Source: Gammaproteobacteria bacterium
GTDB taxonomy: Bacteria > Pseudomonadota > Gammaproteobacteria > Steroidobacterales > Steroidobacteraceae
Direction: 5' to 3'
NCBI GenBank assembly: GCA_043752035.1
Contig: JAYUZE010000175.1
Location: 1 to 52,409, forward strand
DNA: 52,409 nucleotides
Shown here: one piece after another, positions 1 to 9,305 of the stretch
Layout: the number at the start of each line of letters is the position of its first letter
Numbering within the stretch: the first letter of the stretch is position 1
The notes under the pieces: model-generated
What the model was told of the DNA's origin: nothing
Database searches by the model: none
Seen by the model: the letters and a program-made list of their open reading frames with translations, nothing else
Made by a program: the position numbers and the translations under genes

Positions 1-869
1 ATGCGTTCGACGATCCGGGAATTGAACCAAGAAGCGAAACCCATGGAGATCGCGCACAGCGCAAACATCGAGGGCATCCAGCTGGCGTGGTGAAACACGT
101 CGGCGAAAATCTGCTGCACCATCGCCACGTAGGCCAGCAGTGAGCCGAACATCACCATCAGCGCCAGCGTGTAGCACAGCGAGGTGCGATCGCCGAGCAC
201 GATGCGCAGCGCCCCGGCGATATGGCTGGCAGTCAGCGTCAGCCGGTATTCAGGATGCAGCGTCTCGCGCAGCCGCCACCAGGCCCACAGCCAGATGGCT
301 GCGCCGAAGACGGCGAACACCAGGAAGATCGCCCGCCAGGGCGCGAGCAACAGGATCAGCTGACCAACACTGGGGGCTATGATCGGTACGATCAGGAACA
401 CCACGAAGGTCAGCGACATCACGCGCGCCATCGTGCGCCCGGAATAAAGATCGCGGATCACCGAGCGCCCGACCACCACGCTGGCGGCGGCCAGGCCGTG
501 CAGCACGCGCCAGATCAGCAGGCCCTCAAAGCTCGTGCTGAGCGCACATAGCAGTGCGGCCAGTGCGTACAGACCGAGGCCGCACAGCAGGATGGGCCGC
601 CGCCCAAAGCGGTCGGACAGCAGACCCCAGAGCAGCTGGCCGGTGCCCACTCCGGCGAGATATGCCGTGACGATCCACTGGGCATGATTGGCATTGCGGA
701 CGCCGAGTTCGCGGCTGATGGTGGCCAGCGCCGGCAGCATGGCGTCGACCGCCAGCGCCTGCGTCGACATCATCGCCGCAATCAGCACCACGAACTCGCC
801 GAAGCCGGGCGCGTGCTGCGCAGCTCCAGCTGCCGTACCCCTGACCTCGGTACTCAAGACGAACCGCAC
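1..869 (-). CDS. Bcr/CflA-family MFS drug efflux transporter; C-terminus is cut by the window edge
   Basis: Manual minus-strand translation from GTG at 869 gives VRFVLSTEV..GEFVVLIAAMMSTQALAVDAMLPAL..LLSDRFGRRPILLCGLGLYALAALLCAL..RVLHGLAAASVVVGRSVIRDLYSGR, typical of Bcr/CflA MFS N-terminal halves. It is absent from the ORF track because it runs off the window. TTG at 857 is an alternative start. Confidence 0.7.
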   Translation of the reverse strand, partial: MRFVLSTEVRGTAAGAAQHAPGFGEFVVLIAAMMSTQALAVDAMLPALATISRELGVRNANHAQWIVTAYLAGVGTGQLLWGLLSDRFGRRPILLCGLGLYALAALLCALSTSFEGLLIWRVLHGLAAASVVVGRSVIRDLYSGRTMARVMSLTFVVFLIVPIIAPSVGQLILLLAPWRAIFLVFAVFGAAIWLWAWWRLRETLHPEYRLTLTASHIAGALRIVLGDRTSLCYTLALMVMFGSLLAYVAMVQQIFADVFHHASWMPSMFALCAISMGFASWFNSRIVER

Positions 870-893
870 CCAGAATGCAATTTGCGCACCGGC

Positions 894-1325
894 TTATTTG
901 CGCGCCAGTGCTTCGCGCGAGATGCCCGCAGTGACCCAGCCGTCATAGCGGCCACCGTGCTGCGCGGCCAGCGCACCAAGCGTGCGAGTCAGGCCCTGCA
1001 TGTCGGGCACCGAAACGCGTATCTTCTTGCGCGCGTGCAGCGTGTAGCTGACGCCGCGATCGGGTTCGAGCTGGCGAAAATCGACTTCGTAGCTCTCGGC
1101 GCGCAGCGTAGTTGCCACCTGTTCGCAGGCCGCGGCATCCGGCAGATCAAAGAAGAAGTCGACCTCATAAGGGCTGAAAGGATCGCCGCCCTGCGCGCGC
1201 AGATTCTTCACCAGGCGCTCGTCCCAGTCGTCCTGTTGCGCGTTGCGCGCATTGCGCATGATCAGGTACACGCGATAGGCCGCGATGGCCGCCGCGAGTA
1301 CCAGCAGGAGATTGGTGACCGACAT
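894..1325 (-). CDS. RraB-like (ribonuclease E inhibitor B family) protein with an N-terminal hydrophobic helix
   Basis: 143 aa ORF. The RraB-family pattern is DPFSPYEVDFFFDLPD...GGRYDGW. An N-terminal LLLVLAAAIAAYRVYLI segment looks like a membrane anchor. Confidence 0.65.
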   Translation of the reverse strand: MSVTNLLLVLAAAIAAYRVYLIMRNARNAQQDDWDERLVKNLRAQGGDPFSPYEVDFFFDLPDAAACEQVATTLRAESYEVDFRQLEPDRGVSYTLHARKKIRVSVPDMQGLTRTLGALAAQHGGRYDGWVTAGISREALARK

Positions 1326-1351
1326 GTGGGAACCTGGGCTGTCTTGCGAGG

Positions 1352-1666
1352 CTATTCTTCAGGAGCAATCGTCACGCGCAGGCCGTCGAGCACGGCGCCG
1401 AGCTGGACCTGGCATGAAAGGCGCGAGTTGGGCCGGTAGGACACCAGGTCCTTGAGCATGTCGGTCTCATCGGACATCGGCGCCGGCAACTTCGCCTGCC
1501 AGGCTTCATCCACGTACACGTGACAAGTGGCACAGGAACACATGCCGCCGCAGATGGCGGTGACACCATCGTCCATATCGCGCAGCGGCTCCATCAGCAC
1601 ACCGCTGGCCGGCGCGTTGACTTCCTGCTCCACTCCATCTCGATTCACGACACGCAACACGGGCAT
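1352..1666 (-). CDS. 2Fe-2S ferredoxin (adrenodoxin/putidaredoxin type)
   Basis: 104 aa with the cysteine pattern CGGMCSCATCHV...SRLSCQV. An AGGAG Shine-Dalgarno lies 5 nt upstream of the ATG. Confidence 0.85.
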   Translation of the reverse strand: MPVLRVVNRDGVEQEVNAPASGVLMEPLRDMDDGVTAICGGMCSCATCHVYVDEAWQAKLPAPMSDETDMLKDLVSYRPNSRLSCQVQLGAVLDGLRVTIAPEE

Positions 1667-1745
1667 GGACCACTCCTGGGGCAGGCAATAAAAGGCGTGT
1701 TAGTTTGACTAGCGGCGCGCCCGGACGCCAGCCCCGGCGCCGGGT

Positions 1746-3191
1746 TTAGCAGAAAGTTGGCGCAGCGCAACGCTCGGCGCGCGCCAGGTGCCAGGCCCAG
1801 GTCAGCGCCCGGTATACGAACGTGGCGGCCGGCAGGCGCCTGGCATCGCCGGCTGCGCCCAGCCCCGCGGCCGCCAGCAGCCGTTGCTGCAAGCTCGATG
1901 ACAAGGGCAGATGAGCTGCGATGCAGGCCATGTCATAGATAGGGTCGGCGAGCTGCGCGTATTCCCAGTCCAGCAGCCAGAGCTGCGAATTCTCGAGTAC
2001 GTTGCCGTAGGGCAGGTCGCCATGCACGATGACCGGGCGTGCCGCAGCGGCCTCGATCTCATCAAGGGCGCAGCGCAGCTGCCGCAACACTGCAGTGTTT
2101 TCGTCCGGCAGCGGACCGGCGCCGGCCGCCTGCTGCAGATAACTCTGGGTCAGCGCGTAGGGATCGAAGCGGGCCACCAGCGCTGCGGGCGGCGCGAGCT
2201 GGTGCAGCAGCGCGAGGCGCTCGCCCAGGCGCTGCAGGTTTTGCAGATCCTGAAAATCCGCGTCGCTCCAGGTGCGCCCCGGCAGAAACGCGCAAACCAG
2301 CAGCTGCGCTGCGGGCACAGCCAGTACGATCGGCGGTGCCAGACCAGCCGCAGCCGCGGCCGAATGCAACAACAGTTCGCGATTGCGCTCGACACCCGGA
2401 CGCATCGCGGCCGGGCCATCGAGGCGCAGCGTGTAACAGCCCGACACCGTATCGACGCGCCAGGTGTCATTGATATGACCACCCACCAGGCGCTGCAGCA
2501 ACTGCGGCGCCGCGCCCTGCTCCAGTCCCGGCACTAATGCCAGCGCGGCAGCCGGCGGACTCGCCACCTCGGCAGGCACGGCGGGCGCAGCCGACGACTG
2601 CGACTGCCATCGGCGCCGCCACGCGCGGAAACCAAAACAGGCAATGATCATGTAGGCGGCGAACAGGCCTGCGGTGTAGGGATAGCCCTGCCGCGCGAAC
2701 AGGAACACCATCACTGAATCGGCACAGATCCAGTACCACCAGTTCTCCAGCACCGAGCGCGTCACCATCCACGTGGCCACGAGACTGATCCAGGTCGTCA
2801 GGGAATCAAGCAGCGGCCAGGCCGCGTGGGTCTCGGTGGCCAGCAGCCGGGCGCTCAATGCACTGGCAATGGCAATCAGCACCAGCGCCACAGCGTGCTG
2901 CCGCCCGTGCCAGCGAAAGATGCGCCCGCCCTGCTCGCTGGCATTGCGCGCCCAGCTCCACCAGCCGAAGGCCGCCATCACCACGTAGTAGCCCTGCAGC
3001 GCGGACTGCATGGGCAGGTGCGCCAGTGCCGAGAGGTAGACGTAGATCGACGAACTAATGGCGCCGGCCACCCAGCCCCAGCGGCGGCGGCGCATGATCA
3101 GCACCACATAGACGATTCCTGTGACGACCGCGACCGCTTCCAGCGGCGAGAGCGTGCGCAGTACAGCCTGAAGAAAGGAGAGTAGCGCCAT
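1746..3191 (-). CDS. Fusion protein: PnuC-family vitamin transporter (PnuT-like) plus a C-terminal APH/choline-kinase-fold kinase (thiamine-kinase-like)
   Basis: The N-terminal half is a PnuC-like multi-TM region (LEAVAVVTGIVYVVL..NWWYWICADSVMVFLF). The C-terminal half carries VHGDLPYGNVL..LLDWEYAQLADPIYDMA. ATG at 3191 overlaps the TGA of the upstream TBDR (ATGA), so the longer 3389 start in the ORF track is rejected. Confidence 0.75.
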   Translation of the reverse strand: MALLSFLQAVLRTLSPLEAVAVVTGIVYVVLIMRRRRWGWVAGAISSSIYVYLSALAHLPMQSALQGYYVVMAAFGWWSWARNASEQGGRIFRWHGRQHAVALVLIAIASALSARLLATETHAAWPLLDSLTTWISLVATWMVTRSVLENWWYWICADSVMVFLFARQGYPYTAGLFAAYMIIACFGFRAWRRRWQSQSSAAPAVPAEVASPPAAALALVPGLEQGAAPQLLQRLVGGHINDTWRVDTVSGCYTLRLDGPAAMRPGVERNRELLLHSAAAAAGLAPPIVLAVPAAQLLVCAFLPGRTWSDADFQDLQNLQRLGERLALLHQLAPPAALVARFDPYALTQSYLQQAAGAGPLPDENTAVLRQLRCALDEIEAAAARPVIVHGDLPYGNVLENSQLWLLDWEYAQLADPIYDMACIAAHLPLSSSLQQRLLAAAGLGAAGDARRLPAATFVYRALTWAWHLARAERCAAPTFC

Positions 3192-5287
3192 CAAAGTCCG
3201 CGCGCCGAGTACAGCGCGGTGAGCCCGAATTGCCTGGGGTCGCCATTCTGCAGGTAGAGCTTTACTGGAAAATCCGGCGGTTGATCGCCGAAGTAAAAAC
3301 CCTGCACGGCGTAGCGCCGATCGAGGAGGTTGCGCGCCCAGAGACTCGCGCTCCATGCGCCGCGCCGCATGCCAAGGCGCAGGTTGCACAGCACGCGCGC
3401 CGCGGCCTGCTGGTCGTGACTGGCGCTGAAGTAGAAGCGATCCTGGGCACTGAGGTCGAAGCGTGCAAACGGACCCTGCGGAGACTGCCAGTTGGCCGCC
3501 AGCGAAAGCTGGTAGGCCGGCGCAAAGGCCTGCGCCCGGCCCTGCAGCGCCGAATCTGGCAGGTCGTAGGACAGGAAGCGCGTGCGCTGCAGCGCCAGCG
3601 TGCCATCGAATTGCCAGCGGGGTAGCGGACGCCAGTGCAATGCCGATTCGAGTCCGAGGTTTTCGCCGCGCGCAGCGTTGGCTGTGAAAAACACATATGT
3701 CAGCGGATTGTCGGATTTGAGCTGGCGCGAGTTGTAGACCTGCATATGCTCGCGCCGCATCGCATACATATCAGCCTGATAGTCGAGTGCTTGCGAGGCC
3801 AACTCGCCGTGCACGCCGAGTTCCAGGTTCCACAGCAGCTCGGCGCGAAACTGTCGCAGCGCCGGATCGATCTGGTCGCCGATGTTGTATCCGCCAGCCT
3901 TGTAGCCGCGCGCCACTGTCACATAGAGCTGCCGCTGCGCGTCGACGCGATGCGACCAGGACAGATTGCCTCCCAGCTTGCGATCGCGTGAGCGTGGAAA
4001 GGGCACATCCGAGCTGTCGGCATACTCGGAACTGCGCTGTTCGGTCCGCAGGCCGAGCTGCCAATGATCTTGCGCACCATGCTGCAATTCCAGCGAGCCA
4101 TACAGCGCCTCGTTGGTAGCCGTGTAGTCGCTGTAGAGCAGGCTGGAGCCGGCCCCGTAGTACTGGTCGTTCCAGCCATCGAACTGTTGTTCGCTCTCGC
4201 GCAGCCGCGCGAGGTAGAAACCGAGTACCGGGCGCAGCGTGCCGGAAGGGACCTCCAGAGGGTTCGCCAGGTAGCGCAGGTCCTGGGTCAGGTTGCGCCG
4301 CTCGCGCAGGTGACTCTCGAAATAGTCGTAAGGCGCGCTCGCACCCCAATAGAGGTCATTGCCCCAGTCGCCATCGAAGGAGTAGTCGATGTGCGAATCG
4401 GAACCGGTGCTGATCGCCAACAGCTCGCCATACGCGCCCTGATAATCCAGCCGCAGAGAAGCGCCGCTGGAGCGCTGCGCATCGCGTCCCGGCTGGTTTG
4501 AACGCGTCACCCTACTGTTATCTACCGACCAGGCATCGTAGCCATTGTCGAGGTCGGCATAGAGCAGGGCCAGCGTCGCGCTGAGCACCGGGGAGAGCTG
4601 CCAGTGCAGCTTGCCGCGCACAGTGCTTTCATCATAACCATTGGTGTCGTCGCGCCCAAGGTACACGTTGCGCCGGAATCCGTCGCTACGAAAGCGCTGC
4701 GCCGCGACGCGCCAGCCCGCCGAACCATCGGCGCGGCCATCGCCGAGCGCCACGCCTGCGGAGCGTGTGCCGTAGTTACCTAGCGTGGCCTCACCTTCCA
4801 GATCGAAGCCCGTGCCCGGATCACGACTGCGCAGGTCGATGAGCCCGGCGAGTGCCTTGGCGCCATACACGGTGCCTGCCGGACCGCGCGAGACCTCGAC
4901 TCGCGCCAGGTCGAACAGCGTCGCGGGCATGCCTACACCGGAGAAATCGATGTCGTCGATCAGGAAGCCTACCGAAGGGTTGGGCGCGCCCTGGTACTGC
5001 TCGGTCTCACCTACGCCGCGCAGCTGAAAATATCGTGGCCGTGAAGTGCCCGAGGCAAAACTCAGTCCTGGCACCAGGGTCAATACATCCTGCAGATGCT
5101 GCACGCCGGCGGCGCGCAGCGTATCGGCTCCCAGTACCGTGACGCTGGCCGGCAGCTCACCCAATGGCGTGGCACGCAGGCTTGCGCTGATGACGATTTC
5201 ATCCAGCGAGCCCTCGGCTGCCTGGGCAGGCATGCCAGTGACGAACGCCGCAGCGGCGGCAGCCATCATGATCATGAATCCGGACAT
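3191..5287 (-). CDS. TonB-dependent outer-membrane receptor (thiamine-regulated)
   Basis: 698 aa with a signal peptide (MIMMAAAAAAFVTGMPAQA), a plug domain (DEIVISASLR..VEVSRGPAGTVYG) and a long beta-barrel. It sits directly downstream of a TPP riboswitch. Confidence 0.9.
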   Translation of the reverse strand: MSGFMIMMAAAAAAFVTGMPAQAAEGSLDEIVISASLRATPLGELPASVTVLGADTLRAAGVQHLQDVLTLVPGLSFASGTSRPRYFQLRGVGETEQYQGAPNPSVGFLIDDIDFSGVGMPATLFDLARVEVSRGPAGTVYGAKALAGLIDLRSRDPGTGFDLEGEATLGNYGTRSAGVALGDGRADGSAGWRVAAQRFRSDGFRRNVYLGRDDTNGYDESTVRGKLHWQLSPVLSATLALLYADLDNGYDAWSVDNSRVTRSNQPGRDAQRSSGASLRLDYQGAYGELLAISTGSDSHIDYSFDGDWGNDLYWGASAPYDYFESHLRERRNLTQDLRYLANPLEVPSGTLRPVLGFYLARLRESEQQFDGWNDQYYGAGSSLLYSDYTATNEALYGSLELQHGAQDHWQLGLRTEQRSSEYADSSDVPFPRSRDRKLGGNLSWSHRVDAQRQLYVTVARGYKAGGYNIGDQIDPALRQFRAELLWNLELGVHGELASQALDYQADMYAMRREHMQVYNSRQLKSDNPLTYVFFTANAARGENLGLESALHWRPLPRWQFDGTLALQRTRFLSYDLPDSALQGRAQAFAPAYQLSLAANWQSPQGPFARFDLSAQDRFYFSASHDQQAAARVLCNLRLGMRRGAWSASLWARNLLDRRYAVQGFYFGDQPPDFPVKLYLQNGDPRQFGLTALYSARGL

Positions 5288-5292
5288 CGACC

Positions 5293-5381
5293 TGCTCCCT
5301 ACGCCGGTACTAACCGGATCAGGTTCAACGGGTTTGCCGGCTGCACCGGCATCTCAGGCTCTGCGCTCGAGCCACCCCAAG
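5293..5381 (-). promoter_or_regulatory. TPP (THI-box) riboswitch in the 5' leader of the TBDR gene
   Basis: The minus strand reads cuuGGGGUGgcucgagcgcagagcCUGAGAugccggugcagccggcaAACCCguuGAACCUGAUCCGGuuAGuACCGGCGUAGGGAgcaggucgAUG. All conserved THI-element blocks are present. The 3' AGGGAG doubles as the Shine-Dalgarno about 8 nt from the ATG at 5287. Confidence 0.9.
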
Positions 5382-5502
5382 GTTTGCGCTGCAAACTATC
5401 CACGGGTCGGCAGCGCTTTGCAACTGCGTTAAGATGGCCCGCCAGCGCGGGCGGAGCTGTCGGGGCCCCGCAGGCGTCTTGGCACTACCATCAGGGGATC
5501 AC

Positions 5503-6195
5503 ATGTCGGCTATCATTCAGCTACGCGGCGTATCCAGGCACTACCGCCGCGGCAACGAAGATCTCGCGGTGCTCAGCGATTTCGATCTCGATATCGAAGA
5601 GCGCGATTTCGTGGCCATCATGGGCCCGTCGGGTTCCGGCAAGACCACACTGCTGAATCTCATTGGCGGGCTCGATACGCCCAGCAGCGGCCAGATCGTC
5701 GTCGCCGGCAAGCGCCTCGACGAACTGTCCGGTTCGGCACTGGCGCACTGGCGCGCGCGCCACGTGGGTTTCATCTTCCAGTTCTACAACCTGATGCCGG
5801 CACTGACGGCGGAACGCAACGTCGAGCTGCCGCTGCTGCTCACTTCGCTGTCGACCGCCGAGCGCAAGCGGCGGGTTGCCGCGGCACTCGAACTGGTGGG
5901 CCTGGCCGATCGCGGCCGCCACAAGCCCGGCGAGCTTTCGGGCGGACAGCAGCAGCGCGTGGCCATTGCGCGCGCAGTGATCGCTGATCCTACGTTGCTG
6001 GTGTGCGATGAGCCAACCGGCGATCTCGATCGCCACACCGCCGAAGAAATTCTCGGCCTGCTGCAGGCACTCAATCGCGATCAGGGCAAGACCGTCATCA
6101 TGGTCACGCACGATCCCAAGGCCGCCAGCTACGCCAGTCACCAGCTGCAGGTCGACAAGGGCCGTCTGGTGCGCGTGGCCGCCGCTGGCGCCTAG
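5503..6195 (+). CDS. ABC transporter ATP-binding protein (MacB/LolD-type)
   Basis: Walker [10 protein letters not shown], signature [14 protein letters not shown] and Walker B LLVCDEPT. Start taken at [10 protein letters not shown] (5503) rather than the longer ORF start at 5434. Confidence 0.9.
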   Translation: MSAIIQLRGVSRHYRRGNEDLAVLSDFDLDIEERDFVAIMGPSGSGKTTLLNLIGGLDTPSSGQIVVAGKRLDELSGSALAHWRARHVGFIFQFYNLMPALTAERNVELPLLLTSLSTAERKRRVAAALELVGLADRGRHKPGELSGGQQQRVAIARAVIADPTLLVCDEPTGDLDRHTAEEILGLLQALNRDQGKTVIMVTHDPKAASYASHQLQVDKGRLVRVAAAGA

Positions 6196-6211
6196 CGCCA
6201 GCCAGCATTGC

Positions 6212-7231
6212 ATGACCGACCGCGACAAACTGCTGGGCGAGCTGCGCATCGATCGCTCGGCGCCGGAGCCCCTGAGTTCCCGTCGCGGGCTCTACATTGC
6301 GCTGGCGGCGCTGCTGGTAGCGGTAGTTGTAGGTGGCTGGTATTACTGGCACCAGCGCTCGGTAGCGGCCGAACGCGCTGCCCAGGCGGCGGCCGCCGAG
6401 GCCGCCAGCGCTGCCGCTGCGGCCGCGAGCCACCGGAGTGGTGGCACCTCCTCGCTGCTCGATGCTTCGGGCTTCGTGGTCGCGCGCCGCCAGGCCACGG
6501 TGTCGGCCACCGTGGGCGGGCGTGTGACCGAGGTGCTGATCGATGAAGGCAGCCGCGTCACCGCCGGCCAGATCATTGCGCGACTCGATGATCAGCCCTA
6601 CCGCCTCGCGCTCGATCAGGTCAGCGCCCAGGCGGCCGCCAGCCATGCCCAGCTGCAGGCCGCGCAGACGGCGTTCGACAATGCCCAGCCGATCTACGAG
6701 CGCAACCAGAAGCAGCGCACAGCCGGATTTCTGAGCGCGCAGGATTTCGATGCCGCGCACGCGGCCTTCGATGCCGCGCACAGCGCACTGATCGTGCAGC
6801 AGCGTGCGGTGGTGGTGAGCGACGCAACGGTAGCCTCGGCGCGCCGCAATCTCAGCGACACGGTCATTCGCGCACCTTTTACCGGCGTGGTCACATATAA
6901 AGGCGCACAGCCGGGCGAAATCGTCTCGCCCGCAGCTGCCGGCGGCGGCTATACCCGCACCGGCATCGGCACCATCGTCGACATGGATTCACTCGAGGTC
7001 GAGGTCGACGTCAGCGAAAATTTCATCACCCGCGTGCATCCCGGCCAATCGGCCGCGATCCGTCTCAATGCCTACCCTGATTGGGAAATTCCGGCGAGTG
7101 TCATTGCGGTGATTCCGACCGCCGATCGCTCGAAGGCGACCGTGAAGGTGCGGGTCGGCTTCAAGACCCGCGATGCACGCATACTCCCGGAGATGGGCGC
7201 ACGCGTGGCATTCGAGGCCGGCAGCTCATGA
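6212..7231 (+). CDS. HlyD/MacA-type periplasmic adaptor (membrane fusion protein)
   Basis: N-terminal TM helix, then lipoyl-like, coiled-coil and beta-barrel pattern (VGGRVTEVLIDEGSRVTAGQIIARLDD..IRAPFTGVV). ATG at 6212 lies 14 nt after the ATPase stop. Confidence 0.85.
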   Translation: MTDRDKLLGELRIDRSAPEPLSSRRGLYIALAALLVAVVVGGWYYWHQRSVAAERAAQAAAAEAASAAAAAASHRSGGTSSLLDASGFVVARRQATVSATVGGRVTEVLIDEGSRVTAGQIIARLDDQPYRLALDQVSAQAAASHAQLQAAQTAFDNAQPIYERNQKQRTAGFLSAQDFDAAHAAFDAAHSALIVQQRAVVVSDATVASARRNLSDTVIRAPFTGVVTYKGAQPGEIVSPAAAGGGYTRTGIGTIVDMDSLEVEVDVSENFITRVHPGQSAAIRLNAYPDWEIPASVIAVIPTADRSKATVKVRVGFKTRDARILPEMGARVAFEAGSS

Positions 7232-8139
7232 ACCGGGTACGCGTATTCCAGGTCGATGCCTTTACGCAGCAGCCCTTCAGCGGCAATCCGGCCGGCGTGG
7301 TGCTCGATGCCGAGCGGCTCGATGCGCACCAGATGCAGCTAATCGCGCGCGAACTCAATAACGGCGACACCGCCTTCCTGCTGCCTGCCGACGGCAGCGA
7401 TCACGACCTGCGGGTGCGTTTCTTTACGCCGCGCAGCGAAGTGGGTTTCGTGGGTCATGCTACCGTGGCAGCGCACGCAGTGCTCGCCGATCTGGGTCTG
7501 GGTGTGCGCCGTCTGCAGAAGCAGCGCAACGGCATTGTGGCGATCGAGCGTGTCGAGAGCAGTCAGGGACCGCGCTTCACCTTTTCACAGCCGGCACCCG
7601 TACTGCGCGGCCCGATCGATGCCGCCCTGCGCGGCGCCCTGCTCGCGGCGCTTGGGCTCGCTGCAGCCGATCTCGACGAGCGCTGCCCAGCAACGCTCGC
7701 GGGCGAACACAGCACCCGTCATCTGATCGCGGTGCGCGCAGGCTCGGTACTGGCACGCTTGCAGCCCGACCTGGCGCGGCTCGCGGCGCTGACGGCTGCC
7801 GGAGCTGCACCCGGAACCTTCGTCTATACGCTGCACCCCACGTTGGGCGAATGTGATACCGAAGCGCGCATGTTCTGCCCGGCGCTGGGCATCGCGGAAG
7901 ACCCGGTGAGTGGCAACGCCCATGCCATGCTCGCCGCGCTACTGTGCCGGCAGCAACTACTCCCCGGCGGAGCCGTGCGCGGCAGTTTTCGGGCCCGCCA
8001 GGGTCACCACATGGGACGCGCCGGTGAGCTGCAGGTCGACGTGCACTACCAGAATGGTGCGCTACATACGGTGAGCGTCACTGGCGCGGCCGTGGTGGTG
8101 TTTGCAACCAGCATAACGCTCGCGGAGAAGGCGGCATGA
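7228..8139 (+). CDS. PhzF-family (phenazine biosynthesis-like) isomerase/epimerase-fold protein
   Basis: MNRVRVFQVDAFTQQPFSGNPAGVVLDAE..DTAFLLP..RFFTP..EVGFVGHATVA is a classical PhzF N-terminus. The start overlaps the adaptor stop (ATGA) and the stop overlaps the next start (ATGA). Confidence 0.85.
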   Translation: MNRVRVFQVDAFTQQPFSGNPAGVVLDAERLDAHQMQLIARELNNGDTAFLLPADGSDHDLRVRFFTPRSEVGFVGHATVAAHAVLADLGLGVRRLQKQRNGIVAIERVESSQGPRFTFSQPAPVLRGPIDAALRGALLAALGLAAADLDERCPATLAGEHSTRHLIAVRAGSVLARLQPDLARLAALTAAGAAPGTFVYTLHPTLGECDTEARMFCPALGIAEDPVSGNAHAMLAALLCRQQLLPGGAVRGSFRARQGHHMGRAGELQVDVHYQNGALHTVSVTGAAVVVFATSITLAEKAA

Positions 8140-9302
8140 GTGTCCTGAAGTTTTTCCCGCTGCTGCGTGCCAACCTCTGGCGCCGGCGCATCCGCACGCT
8201 GCTCACCTTCTCCTCGGTGGCCACGGCTTTCCTGCTGTTCGGATTGCTGATGGCGCTGCGTCACGCGATCACCGGCGGCATCGAACTCACGGGCGCCGAC
8301 CGGCTGATCACGATGCACAAGGTGTCGTTCATCATGTCGCTGCCGCGCAGCTACGTGCAGCGCATTGCCGCGGTCGAGGGCGTGCGCGCGATTACCGCCG
8401 CCAGCTGGTTCGGTGGCTACTATCGCGACGAGCGGGCTACGATCGTCGCGCAGGTGGCCGATGCCGATTCGCTGTTCGATGTCTATCCCGAAATCAACCT
8501 GCCGGCCGAGCAGCGGCGTGCCTGGGTCGCCGACGCCACCGGCATGATCGTGGGTACAGCGCTGGCCAATGCCTACAAATGGAAAGTCGGAGACGTGATT
8601 CCGCTGCATTCGAACATCTATCGTAAGCGCGATGGCAGCAACGTCTGGGATCTGCGCGTCGATGGCATCTACCGCAACACCGCCAGCGGCGACACCAATG
8701 CCTTGTTTTTTCACTACCAGTATTTCAACGAATCGCGTTCCTTCGAGCGCGATCGGATTGGCTGGTTGATACTGAGGGTCAAGGACCCGGCACAATCGCC
8801 GGCCGTGGCCAGGCGCATCGATGCGCTGTTCGCCAACTCCGATTCCGAAACAAAAACGTCGAGCGAGCGCGCCTTTGCGCAGAGTTTCATCAATCAGGTC
8901 GGCAACATCGGCGCCATCATTGCGATTGTGGTGGGCGCGGTGTTCTTCACGATGCTGCTGGTGACGGCCAACACGATGGGGCAATCGATTCGCGAGCGCA
9001 CGCCCGAGCTCGCCGTGATGAAGACTCTGGGGTTTCGCGGCGGGCAGATACTGGCGCTGGTGCTGAGTGAATCGCTGTTACTCACGCTGCTGGGCAGCAT
9101 GGCCGGCATGTTGCTGGCGCGCGCTATCGCCGCGGTCGCGCACCGGGCCCTGCAGCAATACCTGCCCCTGCTCGGCGTACCGCCCGGCGCCTGGCTGGCC
9201 GCGCTGGCCATTGCCGCCGGCCTGGGGCTGCTGGCCGGCGCGCTGCCAGCCTGGAACGCCTGGCGGCTGCGCATCACCGACGCCCTGCGCCAGGGAGGCT
9301 AG
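8136..9302 (+). CDS. ABC transporter permease, FtsX/MacB-like (permease 1)
   Basis: 388 aa: N-terminal TM helix, large periplasmic domain, then the C-terminal FtsX TM bundle (RERTPELAVMKTLGF). Confidence 0.85.
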   Translation: MSVLKFFPLLRANLWRRRIRTLLTFSSVATAFLLFGLLMALRHAITGGIELTGADRLITMHKVSFIMSLPRSYVQRIAAVEGVRAITAASWFGGYYRDERATIVAQVADADSLFDVYPEINLPAEQRRAWVADATGMIVGTALANAYKWKVGDVIPLHSNIYRKRDGSNVWDLRVDGIYRNTASGDTNALFFHYQYFNESRSFERDRIGWLILRVKDPAQSPAVARRIDALFANSDSETKTSSERAFAQSFINQVGNIGAIIAIVVGAVFFTMLLVTANTMGQSIRERTPELAVMKTLGFRGGQILALVLSESLLLTLLGSMAGMLLARAIAAVAHRALQQYLPLLGVPPGAWLAALAIAAGLGLLAGALPAWNAWRLRITDALRQGG

Positions 9303-9305
9303 AGC

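Noticed and set aside
1746-3389. The track ORF is 547 aa, which would give the PnuC-kinase protein a 66-aa Arg-rich N-terminal extension overlapping the TBDR gene by about 200 nt.
   Set aside because: - The extension has no PnuC homology and a non-coding-like composition.
- The internal ATG at 3191 forms a classic ATGA overlap with the TBDR stop, and PnuC homology begins immediately after it.
5381-5396. The palindrome GTTTGCgctGCAAAC lies just upstream of the TPP riboswitch in the divergent intergenic region. It could be an operator or a hairpin.
   Set aside because: - It is a single short occurrence with no second copy and no associated regulator gene.
- Chance occurrence cannot be excluded.
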